Of a stretch of 63,212 nucleotides of DNA, positions 11,001-20,811 are shown in pieces. The stretch comes from a virus (lineage: Duplodnaviria > Caudoviricetes). The DNA is taken from IMG/VR virus record IMGVR_UViG_3300044638_007250, positions 1 through 63,212 of that record; one strand, given 5' to 3'. The translations under genes were made by a program, and so were the position numbers. The notes beneath the pieces are model-generated. The model searched no databases. It was not told the origin of the DNA and saw only the letters and a list, made by a program, of their open reading frames with translations. The stretch's first letter is position 1. Each line of letters starts with the position of its first letter.

Positions 11001-13047
11001 TTTCAGAAGCAAATGTGACTTTAATTTTATTAGTACCTTCAAAATATTTGGTTTTTAAATTAAAAATATTGATTCGTTCACCAATAGGTATTGTTTGTTT
11101 CTGTATTGACGAATACAATGGAACGGCACCTTTAGCACATTTAAATGATAATGGATTTGATGGGTCTAAATTATTTGTTGCAATTGCAAGTGGTATAGTA
11201 TTAACCCAATTTGAATTTGCAAATTGTTGACTAAGTTTTGTAGTATAAAGTTCAGGATTTGAAACTTGAGTTAATAAACCTGAATCAGGTACTAAAACTG
11301 ATTCTGAGTAGTTTAAATTTTCGGGTTGTGTTGAACCGCAATCACAAGCTTGACAATCGGGCCATGTTATCATCGGTAATTTTATAGTTCCGACTTTTTC
11401 AACTTTACGGAAAGGGAGCAATAAAATCGCCCAAGGTGGAAGGTTTCTTAAAACTTTATTTTTTAATACATTATTAACTAAAAATGCAACTAAACTAAAT
11501 ATAATAATAAACGGAACACCTATATATTGAATAACCGTAAATAATATTGAAAATAAAAAATATAAAAAATCAAAGTTCCTAAACCCTTCGTTAACAGGAA
11601 ATTTATTTATAGTGTTTTCACAATCATTATCGTCAATTTCTTTAATACCAACAAATCTACCTCTACCACCATTTTTGAATTGGTCAATAAGTCCTGAAAC
11701 CGTGTACACTCTATTGTACTGAAATTCATAAAACGTGTCGTCACAATTAACCGCAGCATCAATATTTGTATAACCTGACCAATCCAAACCAAAATAATAA
11801 GAACCCGCCAATCGTTTTTGGATAGTTGAACTTGAAGAATAGTTTGGGTCGTTGTCTACGTTAGTTGTCCATCCGTATTCTCTAACATTTGGGACTAAAT
11901 AATACGGTCTTCTAACTTGTTCTGTTAATGTTGCAGGTTGAGCCCATTTAATTTTAAATCGGTACTTACTTTTTGTGGGTATACCTATTGTTGGGTCATT
12001 AGATACTATTTTTTCACCAAATTCATTGGTGATATAATAATCCAAATTCATAGGTAGCTCGGTCAACCAAACTCCGTCACCGTCAATAATATTACCCGAT
12101 TGCGCTAAACTATATTGTTCTAAGACTGGATATCCCTGACTATCTTGGTCAATAGTTTGTCTAATTGCTAATATCTGTCCAGGACCTGTTTGTAAATCAC
12201 ATAGGTTACCAAAATTATCTTTTGGTCTAGCGCTTTGTCTAATTCTGAAACTATCTGCGGTCGAATATATTGACCCCATAAACACAGATGTTGGTTGTAT
12301 ATCAATATTTGCCTCATCACGTAAATCAAAATCAACTCGGTTTATTGCAATATCACAAATGGTTGGGTCTCCCCATAATGGAGATACCTCAACAGTCTTC
12401 ACTAAATTGATTATCTGTGGTAAAGAATTTAAATCATTTGAACTTCTAAATGTATTACCAGCAACTTGAGCATCGGTGGCTAGTCCCATTCTTATTAAAT
12501 CTTGAGGTGTTAATGAGAACTCACCTATATCAGATAAATCAACATCCATAACTATAGTTTGGTTACCTAATGGAACCCCCATAATCATGTAGTCACCACT
12601 TTCGTTGGTCTTTGCGGTTAATTTATAATATCTATCAAAAATCTCAACCGCGGTGGCCCCTGTTAGTACGTCAAGTCTTGACGGTAAAGTACCCGTAGCT
12701 GCGTGTGTTGAAAATGATTTTTCATAAGGTAATAAGTTGTACCTGTATCCATCTTCATTTTTATCTTCGGGTGATTTATATGGATAGATACTTGAGATTA
12801 TTGGGTTGGATTCGTCAATAGGTAAAATTGGTATAAAAATAGATACTCGGGCATTTGGTAATCCAAATCCATTGTTGGCAGTAACCCTACCAACAAGAAC
12901 ACCATAATCCGCACAGTTTCTATTATAAACATCCTCCTGTTGAATTTTTAAAGATAGAATCTCTAGTTGTTCAAACTCTTGGTCTAACTGTACATTAATT
13001 GTTTTAGTGATACCTAACTCGGTTCTTATTCTATATGATTGACCCAT
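8074..13047 (-). CDS. Large baseplate/tail-associated protein with N-terminal carboxypeptidase-regulatory-like (prealbumin-like) domain and a hydrophobic segment
   Basis: 1657 aa; GRVTANNGFGLPNARVSIF...KTNESGDYMIMGVPLG; hydrophobic FLYFLFSILFTVIQYIGVPFIIIFSLVAFLV. Confidence 0.55.
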   Translation of the reverse strand: MGQSYRIRTELGITKTINVQLDQEFEQLEILSLKIQQEDVYNRNCADYGVLVGRVTANNGFGLPNARVSIFIPILPIDESNPIISSIYPYKSPEDKNEDGYRYNLLPYEKSFSTHAATGTLPSRLDVLTGATAVEIFDRYYKLTAKTNESGDYMIMGVPLGNQTIVMDVDLSDIGEFSLTPQDLIRMGLATDAQVAGNTFRSSNDLNSLPQIINLVKTVEVSPLWGDPTICDIAINRVDFDLRDEANIDIQPTSVFMGSIYSTADSFRIRQSARPKDNFGNLCDLQTGPGQILAIRQTIDQDSQGYPVLEQYSLAQSGNIIDGDGVWLTELPMNLDYYITNEFGEKIVSNDPTIGIPTKSKYRFKIKWAQPATLTEQVRRPYYLVPNVREYGWTTNVDNDPNYSSSSTIQKRLAGSYYFGLDWSGYTNIDAAVNCDDTFYEFQYNRVYTVSGLIDQFKNGGRGRFVGIKEIDDNDCENTINKFPVNEGFRNFDFLYFLFSILFTVIQYIGVPFIIIFSLVAFLVNNVLKNKVLRNLPPWAILLLPFRKVEKVGTIKLPMITWPDCQACDCGSTQPENLNYSESVLVPDSGLLTQVSNPELYTTKLSQQFANSNWVNTIPLAIATNNLDPSNPLSFKCAKGAVPLYSSIQKQTIPIGERINIFNLKTKYFEGTNKIKVTFASENNLTHHYDNTLTVLATQSFSAGTLLSFVNPDSTTDSNYLWSATTTAGSTVSGINGRLQTNEFTINVEYADPTNPLNGLTTLYTIPANTNVNCVSDITVDVTSLGTITYGDCVGDSNTFNAITLGVQTISNDDCINLGTLGGTATYTLINSGETCQRYVYPSDIEYYQVLTAITISTSTVNGVTVPFVENSANTGGFFQGVLQQTSIIENYTERFIPYPPNSRTLENTVNLTPTSYFDGFTEQVILILQRGVDPYSPKIPNKYSIGTLFGTNESDSNWTFTANTRLNVPIQKVPTGSQTFTPQHNVQNNIYFQSHFFTPGIVGSTTPGLQFSSYTTSNVGYYGALDGNSRAVIVPGATYSSSSFVNQTPLYSTVKGVSTKTTNVYYESAISVNDYDTSEDLSGGAITWGNPLQVYPANSSIPPTLQSYGQFGTVYFSPILYPSLTGLTQLNITGYSRNIMRTDRLPSSDFIDSENLRGSVSLLQQNLGFATYVYDGDNITYITPGYSTGASQVTPDIEGQVAGTNVLNTLGNCQNMVGLDCYQGDGTNFGVDTNCDSNTVVKQGCYVLIEKPLFGIADDIKAFSEWGYRFRFFYGLCRGVLSQTFTNNWVNGSLFTFPIQVDTFYDKQNKPLPPQFPKQLVYFDDKTNNFYYRSSPFLSGTTSGRFIGRPTDFLQNPSNERNLLFPTTIINLGVKDAVYKEIDLEASSSAYIMNNLNPTSYSDTSDLVNLFVISRISNKTFLQQLPIRLDNSLNMLFSRPDKKVDGDLVQSMSINSEFGVIPFSPEYYVSNGDPGDPVVILGPATAATMGIFFSSTTEDLQNKDYVTPGVINFRPNPTANAITYPYGIKSQYVPFYQWELKQQFQGVVNIFGSQDNNWKTNQSSDLNSTGIFGYNYQSLSRRNQNPPSYFIGANNTNDIYQRGYIFNVNSNGGYSYTMGGVPSSKFLVGAPFHFYFGIKKGNSALDKFKTKYSLSE

Positions 13048-13139
13048 TAATCTCTTTAGTTAATAAATAGTTTATGTGGTATTTTTAAAGTTTACGCACA
13101 CAATTAAATAATAACTTAAAGAAAAAATAAATAAACTTG

Positions 13140-14978
13140 TTAAGAGAAAGTAATTGATTGGAAGTTCTTAACTGACACTCTGATGTCTTTACCAGGATAT
13201 CTGATTTGATAAACTTGTGATGGTTGTGCAAATATTGTATCATCAACAGGTGCAATCAATTTTACTTCAGGGTCGGCATACTCCATTGAAGTTTCCGCTG
13301 AAGAGTATTGTCCTCCAACTTCATTGAACACCTCTAATCCTGCAACAGTTAATACTCCGTTAGTGTTTTGAATAATACTTCTTATCTCTGACAGATATAC
13401 GTTCTGACCTAACTGTCTTGTTTGTGGGTTAAAGTATGCAGAAACTTTATCAATCACACTTGAAATAACCTGTCCTGAGTTTTGAGCCGAATCCAAAACA
13501 ATTGAAACATCAACACTCAAGTCAATAACCTCAGCACTGAATATCGATATGTAGTCATTCATCATACGATAATTTGATAGGTAGTTGGCAATATTTTGTC
13601 TCAAAGTATTTGAAACAATATTTGTTAATTTACCTGATGTATCGTATGATAAAATTTGAATTAAAATTTTGTTGTCGTTTTCTGTAATTGAAACTTTGGC
13701 AGGTGCCCCAAACTGAGCTGGCATGTTTCTAATAATTGATTCATAATCCTGTACTGTAACCGCTCTCTTTTGAGCCGCAAAGTTAAACGATACATAGTTT
13801 CTAATTTCTTCTAATGATGGTATACCCGCACCACCAACCGCTGCCGTTACGTTAACGCATCGTAATGAGTTGATTACTGCAGAGTTTGTTGTTTCAGATG
13901 GACCATTAACAAAGAATGAAACTGTACCAATTTGATTAATAACATTCGTACCTAAGTTTGTTGCTAATCCACCACCAACTCTATATTGTATAAACAAAGT
14001 AGAATTAGGTGTTAATGTAGAACCTAATGAAAAATTGTTTGAATATTTCTGCAATTCTAATGTAGTACCTAAAGTTGTGAACTGATTCAATTGGTCTTGA
14101 GCAGTATTTGTACCACCACCAAATGTCATTTTTTTAAACCCTTCAGGTGTGTATTCAGTAATAAACCTATCTTGTGTTTGAATATACCTACCTACTTTAA
14201 TACCAGGTTGGTCAGATACTTTTGTTGGGTCTTCAATAAAGACTCTATCTTCGGCTAAAGCATCTACCTCATACCACCTATTCTCAACACCTAAAAATTC
14301 TGCGGTAGTTGGTATGTTAGTATATTGAGTTCCATTCTTTAATAAAACACTTGTTATACCTAACACATTTTTTTCAGGTAAAAACAACTCAAAGAATGGT
14401 TTAACATCATTTGCTCCAATAACTCTCTTGAATACTTTTGTGATACCATTTACAACAATTTCTCTTTTTGTAATTGTGTAGTTAACCAACACGTTATTTG
14501 AATTAAAGTTTGGTATTTTAATTCTATTTGGGAAACCTTGAGCATTGTACGGTGACGCAAAATCAATGTCATAAACATTTTCAAATACAACACCAGCTCC
14601 AACAACTTGAGAACCTCTTTGTAGTGTTCCCAAATATCTTTCATCTTCTTTATCCCCAAATGCTGGAACTGTAACTGAAAAATCAACTAAAGCAACTGAA
14701 GGTCTTTGACCTGGTAATTTTAACCCGTAGGTTCTGGCAATGTTATAAATTGATGACCTTTGTTGAGCATATTGTAATACAGTCTCTTGAACACTTCTAT
14801 CAATGTTATAGTGTAAGTTATCTGCAATTGCTGCATTTAAATCAATGAAAACAGAAAATACCGAAGCGTCGTTAAAGTCTTGAATTAAATCAGGGTAATA
14901 CGTTCTAGTATAATTTAAGAGTTCAGTTCTAATTGACTGATAATCTCTTGTTGCGTACGATATTCTATTATTTGCCAT
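13140..14978 (-). CDS. Baseplate wedge protein (T4 gp6 / baseplate J-like)
   Basis: 612 aa; N-terminal RDYQSIRTEL, YRVGGG...N, AVGGA...E.IR, QKRAVTVQDYE motifs; follows the gp25-like gene. Confidence 0.85.
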   Translation of the reverse strand: MANNRISYATRDYQSIRTELLNYTRTYYPDLIQDFNDASVFSVFIDLNAAIADNLHYNIDRSVQETVLQYAQQRSSIYNIARTYGLKLPGQRPSVALVDFSVTVPAFGDKEDERYLGTLQRGSQVVGAGVVFENVYDIDFASPYNAQGFPNRIKIPNFNSNNVLVNYTITKREIVVNGITKVFKRVIGANDVKPFFELFLPEKNVLGITSVLLKNGTQYTNIPTTAEFLGVENRWYEVDALAEDRVFIEDPTKVSDQPGIKVGRYIQTQDRFITEYTPEGFKKMTFGGGTNTAQDQLNQFTTLGTTLELQKYSNNFSLGSTLTPNSTLFIQYRVGGGLATNLGTNVINQIGTVSFFVNGPSETTNSAVINSLRCVNVTAAVGGAGIPSLEEIRNYVSFNFAAQKRAVTVQDYESIIRNMPAQFGAPAKVSITENDNKILIQILSYDTSGKLTNIVSNTLRQNIANYLSNYRMMNDYISIFSAEVIDLSVDVSIVLDSAQNSGQVISSVIDKVSAYFNPQTRQLGQNVYLSEIRSIIQNTNGVLTVAGLEVFNEVGGQYSSAETSMEYADPEVKLIAPVDDTIFAQPSQVYQIRYPGKDIRVSVKNFQSITFS

Positions 14979-14983
14979 TTATA

Positions 14984-15454
14984 TTAAATATTGATAATCA
15001 CAAAATCACTCTGACCAAATGTAGAACCATTGGTCGAATAATCTAATCTTATTTTTGCGGTATATTCTGACGTACCCTTACCAGGGAATCGGTATACGGA
15101 TGATTCACTTGTACCTAAAAGATTTTGACCTGTTGCAATGTCAACTTCTTCTTGGGCGTCCGCAGGAGTAATACTTAAACTATTAACCAATAAATTTGGC
15201 ATGAATGTTTCAATAGCATCTCTTATGTCAGATTCAATGGCATTAAATGTAAGTCCGTCAAATGGTTCAAATAGAAACTCATAAAGTCTTGTTCCAAACT
15301 GAGGTAAGAAATATCGAGAACCTTTTCTTGTTAATAATAAATGTATTAAGTCGGCCTTAATCTCCTGAGATTCTAATTCAGTAAGTTCTAAGTAGTCACC
15401 TCGTCTAGAATCCCTAAAGGGAAAATTTATACCATAAGTAATTCCATCTGCCAT
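14984..15454 (-). CDS. Baseplate protein gp25-like (sheath initiator)
   Basis: 156 aa; LLLTRKGSRYFLPQFGTRLYEFLFEP is the GPW/gp25 signature. Confidence 0.9.
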   Translation of the reverse strand: MADGITYGINFPFRDSRRGDYLELTELESQEIKADLIHLLLTRKGSRYFLPQFGTRLYEFLFEPFDGLTFNAIESDIRDAIETFMPNLLVNSLSITPADAQEEVDIATGQNLLGTSESSVYRFPGKGTSEYTAKIRLDYSTNGSTFGQSDFVIINI

Positions 15455-15500
15455 AACTATAAATATAATACTATCTATTTTTCTTTAAATAGATTAAAAA

Positions 15501-15530
15501 TGAAAAATCCCGAATGAATCGGGATTTTCA
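15501..15530 (-). terminator. Rho-independent terminator after nrdA
   Basis: Inverted repeat AAAATCCCGA/TCGGGATTTT followed by a T-rich tract on the minus strand. Confidence 0.7.
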
Positions 15531-15532
15531 AA

Positions 15533-17959
15533 TTAGGAACTACATCCAAAACATTCAAAAGGACTATCTTCAGGTTTTTGAGTTAGTTCGTATATCTCAA
15601 CTTTTGGTTGTACAATTTTGGTTTTAGGTTGTTGTATTTTTGATACATCAACCGCTAAGTGTTTAGCCCCTGTTGAAATTGCTTTAGTTCTAACATAATA
15701 ACATAATGTCTTTAAACCTTTTTCCCATGAATGGAAGTGTGATGAGGTAATCTTAGACAATGTTGGGTTAGCCATATAGATATTCATTGATTGTGATTGG
15801 TCGATAAATGGTGCTCTGTCCGCCGCCATGTTAATCAATTCTCTTTGTGAAATCTCCCAAATTGTTTTGTATTTACTAATCAAGTGTTCAATACGTTTAA
15901 CTTTCTTTGTATAGTTTTTATCCTCAGTATCAAGGTGATTATTAAAATTAATGTTTTGAACTGAACCTTCATTTAAAATGATTTCATTTTTCAAATCCTC
16001 ACTCCAAATACCAATCTTTTCAAAGTCATTAATCAAATACTTGTTCACAATCATAATTTCACCACCAACAACTCGTCTGTTAAATAACGCTGAGTGAGCT
16101 GGTTCTGTCATTTCAAATGAACCTGTAATCTTAGCTGAAGATGCCACAGGCATCTGAGCCGTGAATAATGAGTTACAAACACCGTAAGTTTTAACTTCTT
16201 CTTTTAAAGAATCCCAATTCCAAAGACCACTTAATCCTTCATAATCTAACCCCCACATATCAAATTGGAATACCCCTTTTGACATTGGTGAACCTTTAAA
16301 GTGAGCGTATGGTTTGTGTATCATTGTTTTACATAATTCCATACTTTCAGTGATTGCTGCAAAGTAGATAGTTTCAAAAATGTTTTTATTCAATTTCTTA
16401 GCATCTTCAGATGTAAAGATGTAATCCATCAAATAGAATACGTCCGCTAAACCTTGAGTACCAATCGCAATTGCTCTTTGGTCCAATCCACCCTTTCTAC
16501 CTTTTTCAGTTGAGTAACTGTTTATGTCGATAACTTTGTTAAGAGCTCTAACAACTTTTCTCACTTCACTATAAAGTAAGTTATAGTTAAACTCACCTTT
16601 CTCAATAAAGTTTTTCAATACCATCGAAGATAGTGTACAGATTGCCGTAGTTTCTTCATCGGTGTATTGGTAAATCTCATTACAAAGATTTGATTGTTTA
16701 ATCACCCCAATGTTTTGGTGGTTTGTTTTCTTGTTAGCATTATCTTTAGAACATAAGTAAGGAACACCAGTTTCAACTTGTGATTCGATAATCTTAGTCC
16801 AAACATCTTGAGCCTTAACTTTTTTACCAAGACCTAACTCAACCGCTTGGTTGTAGTTTGCTTCGTATTCGTCACCATAACATTCTTGAAGTGGTTTTAT
16901 ACCCGCCTTAATAATGTCGTTAGGACAAAACAAATACCAATCAGAACTTTCCTTTACCGCTCTCATGAAGTTGTCAGGAATCCAAAGAGCTGTGAATAAA
17001 TCTCTTGCTCTTAATTCTTCCGCACCTGTGTTCTTTTTAATATCTAACAAGTCCATAACATCTTTGTGCCATGGTTCGATGTAGATAGCAGCACTACCAG
17101 GTCGTCTTCCTTGTTGGTTAAAGAATCTTAACGACTCGTTAACTATTTTCAAATACTTCAACAATCCACCCGCAAATCCACCTGATGAATTGATACGACT
17201 TTCTTTACTTCTGATGTTAGACATTGATAAACCAATACCTGCAGCGTCTGAAGAATAAGTTGAAATATCATTCAGTGTTTGTAATAAACCATTACGTGAA
17301 TCTGAGTTATTATAATGTAAAACACAAGACGCTAATTGAGGGACTTTGGTTCCTGAATTAATAATTATTGGTGTCGCTGGTGAAATAAGTTGATTTGATA
17401 ATGAATGGTAATATTCAACCGCTTCTTCAAATGAGTTTGTTACCCATAGAGCAACTCTCATGTACATGTGTTGTGGTCTTTCTATTACTTTACCTTGTGG
17501 TGTTTTTAGTAAATACATTTCTTGTAATGAACGCCAAGCAAAGTAATCAAAGTTATAATCATTCTCATGATTAATAACCTCATCAATTTTGTCATGACCA
17601 TAAGAGTCCATGATTTCAATTAACTTGTCATTGATTACACCAGTTGAATGTAACTCCATAATAGTCTCACAAAAACTATCATTAGTTTCTTTGTGGTACG
17701 CAGAAATTGCAACTGACGATGCTAATCTTGAATAGTCGTGGTGACTACCAGTATAAGCCGCAGCAATTTCGTAAACTAACTTATCCAACTCTTTGGTTGT
17801 GATAAGTCCTTCAGTTGGGACTGATGTAATGACTTTGATGAAGATTTCATCAGAGTTTACGTTCAATCCTTTTGCCGCACGTTTAACTCGATTATAGATT
17901 TTTTGAGGATTAAATGATACGTCCTCACCGTTTCTTTTTTTAATTTTTAATGACATCAT
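15533..17959 (-). CDS. nrdA: Ribonucleotide reductase class Ia alpha subunit
   Basis: 808 aa; N-terminal ATP cone, SPATP, SNLCNE catalytic motif, AICTL, MPVASS, YY, C-terminal CFGC. Confidence 0.97.
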   Translation of the reverse strand: MMSLKIKKRNGEDVSFNPQKIYNRVKRAAKGLNVNSDEIFIKVITSVPTEGLITTKELDKLVYEIAAAYTGSHHDYSRLASSVAISAYHKETNDSFCETIMELHSTGVINDKLIEIMDSYGHDKIDEVINHENDYNFDYFAWRSLQEMYLLKTPQGKVIERPQHMYMRVALWVTNSFEEAVEYYHSLSNQLISPATPIIINSGTKVPQLASCVLHYNNSDSRNGLLQTLNDISTYSSDAAGIGLSMSNIRSKESRINSSGGFAGGLLKYLKIVNESLRFFNQQGRRPGSAAIYIEPWHKDVMDLLDIKKNTGAEELRARDLFTALWIPDNFMRAVKESSDWYLFCPNDIIKAGIKPLQECYGDEYEANYNQAVELGLGKKVKAQDVWTKIIESQVETGVPYLCSKDNANKKTNHQNIGVIKQSNLCNEIYQYTDEETTAICTLSSMVLKNFIEKGEFNYNLLYSEVRKVVRALNKVIDINSYSTEKGRKGGLDQRAIAIGTQGLADVFYLMDYIFTSEDAKKLNKNIFETIYFAAITESMELCKTMIHKPYAHFKGSPMSKGVFQFDMWGLDYEGLSGLWNWDSLKEEVKTYGVCNSLFTAQMPVASSAKITGSFEMTEPAHSALFNRRVVGGEIMIVNKYLINDFEKIGIWSEDLKNEIILNEGSVQNINFNNHLDTEDKNYTKKVKRIEHLISKYKTIWEISQRELINMAADRAPFIDQSQSMNIYMANPTLSKITSSHFHSWEKGLKTLCYYVRTKAISTGAKHLAVDVSKIQQPKTKIVQPKVEIYELTQKPEDSPFECFGCSS

Positions 17960-17971
17960 ATTGTTTTAATG

Positions 17972-18919
17972 TTAGAAATCTTCCTCAAAGGAGATTGTTT
18001 CATTTAATTTTGCTTTTTGATATTCAACCGTTCTTGACTCAAAGAAATTTCCTTTTGTCTCAACAGCAATTTGTTCCATAAATTTAAATGGTTGTTCAAC
18101 ATTGAATTCTTTTTTACAACCCAACTTAACTAACAAACCATCAACAACGAACTCAAGATATTGTTTCATTAAGTTTGAGTTCATACCAATTAAAGATACT
18201 GGTAATGATTCAGTGATAAATTCTTTTTCAATTTCTAATGCCGATAATAAAATTTCTCTAATTCTTTTTTCACTTGGTCTGTTTTCAACGTGGTTGTTTA
18301 ACAAGTGGATTGCAAAATCACAATGTAAGTTTTCATCTTTAAAGATTAAAGAATTGGCATTACACAAACCTTGCATGATACCTCTTGATTTCAACCAAAA
18401 GATTGAACAGAATGAACCTGAGAAGAAGATACCTTCAACCGCCGCAAACGCAACCAATCTTTCTTGGAACGATGCTTTCTCAATCCAATCCAAAGCCCAT
18501 TTAGCTTTCTTTTGAACTGCTGGTAGATTGTCCAATGCGGTGAAACATAAATTCTTTTCTTCCTCATTTGAGATATAAGTGTCAATAAGAAGTGAATACA
18601 TCAAGCTATGGATGTTCTCCATCATAAGCTGGAACCCGTAGAAAAATTTTGCTTCAGGGTATTGTACCTCACGATAAAAGTTTTCAGCCAAGTTTTCATT
18701 AACGATACCATCAGAAGCCGCGAAGAACGATAAAATGTTTTTAACAAAATATTGTTCGTTCTCAGATAGATTATTCCAATCTCTGATGTCATTAGTTAAA
18801 TCTACTTCTTCAGCCGTCCACAATGCCGCTTGGTGCATTTTGTAGTATTCCCAAATATCATTGTGCTGGATTGGGAAGATAACAAACCTATTAGGGTTCT
18901 CTATTAATATTTTTTCCAT
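17972..18919 (-). CDS. nrdB: Ribonucleotide reductase class Ia beta subunit
   Basis: 315 aa; [44 protein letters not shown] diiron/tyrosyl motifs. Confidence 0.97.
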   Translation of the reverse strand: MEKILIENPNRFVIFPIQHNDIWEYYKMHQAALWTAEEVDLTNDIRDWNNLSENEQYFVKNILSFFAASDGIVNENLAENFYREVQYPEAKFFYGFQLMMENIHSLMYSLLIDTYISNEEEKNLCFTALDNLPAVQKKAKWALDWIEKASFQERLVAFAAVEGIFFSGSFCSIFWLKSRGIMQGLCNANSLIFKDENLHCDFAIHLLNNHVENRPSEKRIREILLSALEIEKEFITESLPVSLIGMNSNLMKQYLEFVVDGLLVKLGCKKEFNVEQPFKFMEQIAVETKGNFFESRTVEYQKAKLNETISFEEDF

Positions 18920-18940
18920 AATTGTTTTTTGTGTTTTTTT

Positions 18941-20320
18941 TTACGATTGTTTTTGTTCTTCTCTTTGTTTTCTCTTTTCCAAAAGTTCCTTAACTCTGTC
19001 TCTTTTTCTTTCCTCTTGTTGTTCTTCAAAACCTAAGAATGTTACCGACGATTCAGTATCAATTTCAAGTAGTTCGTTGTTGAACTTACAGTTCTCAAAC
19101 ACTACCCCATCTTTACCAATACGTGATTTGGTAATCGCAATAGTTGCTAAGTTCATTTCTTTTTGTTGTAAAGTTTTCGCCACGGAAATGATAACGTGTC
19201 CAACTTGTGCTTTCTTAATAGAACCACCCATCTGGTCGGTGGTAACAACCTCAGAAGATATAGAGCTTCTGTTACCCTGTGTTGCTGTCCATCCTACTAA
19301 TGATAGTTCGTGACACATTGCCTCGAAACCTCTCATTACGGAACCTTCAGCCTTCCATTCATCTTTACTTGTACTCTCAGGAACCACACAATCGATATAG
19401 TCCAAAAGAACCAAGTCAATCTTAGTACCATCAGCAATCATCTTTCTGATTTGGTTTTTGATTTGGTTCATTGACATCGAATCCGATGGAAGTTTTTTCA
19501 AGATTAACTCGTTCTTCATCGTTTCTTTGATGTCAGTGATTTTAGCCATTACTTCCTCTTTGTGTTTTACCAAGTTGTCTGGTTCGATACCCGTCCAAAG
19601 TGTGAAGTGTTTACGTTGTACAATCTTTGGGTTGTCCTCAAAAAAGATTTGAAGTACATTGTATCCAAGATTAAACGCATTGTTCGCAATCTTTGTTAAG
19701 ATAGTTGTTTTACCAACACCTGTAGGTGCTAAGATAACACCAATTTCTCCTTTTGCCAAACCACCTTTAAGTAGTCTGTCAATACCTGGTATTCCAATCG
19801 CAATTGGGTGACGGAAGTCCTCATCAAGTACGGTGTCAAGGTTAGAGAAGATATCAGTTGTTCCTGTATCTCTTTCCCCAACCTGAAGAGCTTCACGTAC
19901 CAAACCTTCAACTTTGTCATAAGATTCAAAGTCACCTTCGGTAATGATTTTTTGGGCTTTGTCCATCGCCTTCTGTAATTCTTGTTGTTTACAGAACTTC
20001 AACGCTTTTTCTTGAACGAACATTGTTCCTTCAAATGGTGCATCTTTTACTTGTTTGATAGTGTCAAGGACAATTTTTGCAACTAATTCTTGTGAAATTT
20101 CTGATTTTACAATCTGCTCAAGAGTATCGAAGTTAGGGGTAGATTGGTATTTTGCGTGGTACTCCTTGGTCATTTGCAAGATAATCTTGAAGTATTTGTT
20201 ATCAAAATAAGAACTCTCAATTACATCCATAATTGATGTAGAAAATTCTTTATCCACGATAAGTTGGTTTAAAAGTTGTATTTGGAATGTATTCCCTAAG
20301 TAATCAAAATTCTTGTTCAT
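18941..20320 (-). CDS. Replicative DnaB/gp41-like helicase
   Basis: 459 aa; Walker A APTGVGKT, LLDYID, WTATQGNR, KSR.G. Confidence 0.9.
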   Translation of the reverse strand: MNKNFDYLGNTFQIQLLNQLIVDKEFSTSIMDVIESSYFDNKYFKIILQMTKEYHAKYQSTPNFDTLEQIVKSEISQELVAKIVLDTIKQVKDAPFEGTMFVQEKALKFCKQQELQKAMDKAQKIITEGDFESYDKVEGLVREALQVGERDTGTTDIFSNLDTVLDEDFRHPIAIGIPGIDRLLKGGLAKGEIGVILAPTGVGKTTILTKIANNAFNLGYNVLQIFFEDNPKIVQRKHFTLWTGIEPDNLVKHKEEVMAKITDIKETMKNELILKKLPSDSMSMNQIKNQIRKMIADGTKIDLVLLDYIDCVVPESTSKDEWKAEGSVMRGFEAMCHELSLVGWTATQGNRSSISSEVVTTDQMGGSIKKAQVGHVIISVAKTLQQKEMNLATIAITKSRIGKDGVVFENCKFNNELLEIDTESSVTFLGFEEQQEERKRDRVKELLEKRKQREEQKQS

Positions 20321-20358
20321 ATTGTATTTTTTCGTCCGTCTGTTTTATTAAATATAGC

Positions 20359-20808
20359 TTACTTTAAGTCAAATCCCAAATAATCAAAAGATAATTTTTG
20401 AGCTGAAAAAATGTCAGTTAATTCTTTTAAAACGTCTTTCAAAAATGGTCGTACATCAACCGTATAACGAACTTTTGGTGGGAACAATTTTCCGTCAAAA
20501 TTTCTATGACAAATTGTCTGCTCCCCAATTTTAACGTAAAGGTTAAATTCTTCTTTACCATCAGTAAACGATGTGTCCATAATTGCAGGGTCTGTAACAA
20601 TCGCATCTTTGTTGTCCATCATGTACACAACTGTTTTCATTTTTAAGTTGTACTCAAGGGAATCTTTAAGTCGTTTAATAAACTCGTATAACTCCAAAGA
20701 ATTTTTTGCTTTTGGGTTGTACCCACGAACATTAAAAAATCTCTGAACAACGATGTTGTCATTCAACGTAAGTAAGAATTCCATTTTGGTGCTGTCTTGC
20801 TCTTTCAT
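20359..20808 (-). CDS. Hypothetical protein in replication operon
   Basis: 149 aa ORF between exonuclease and helicase. Confidence 0.6.
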   Translation of the reverse strand: MKEQDSTKMEFLLTLNDNIVVQRFFNVRGYNPKAKNSLELYEFIKRLKDSLEYNLKMKTVVYMMDNKDAIVTDPAIMDTSFTDGKEEFNLYVKIGEQTICHRNFDGKLFPPKVRYTVDVRPFLKDVLKELTDIFSAQKLSFDYLGFDLK

Positions 20809-20811
20809 AAT

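Noticed and set aside
18102-19313. 137-aa and 150-aa plus-strand ORFs (and similar short antisense ORFs elsewhere)
   Set aside because: Antisense to well-supported nrdB and helicase genes; no recognisable motifs
15533-20320. Inteins or group I introns in nrdA, nrdB and helicase (also checked polymerase and RecA)
   Set aside because: Proteins are of ordinary length with contiguous motifs; no splice-junction or homing-endonuclease signatures seen
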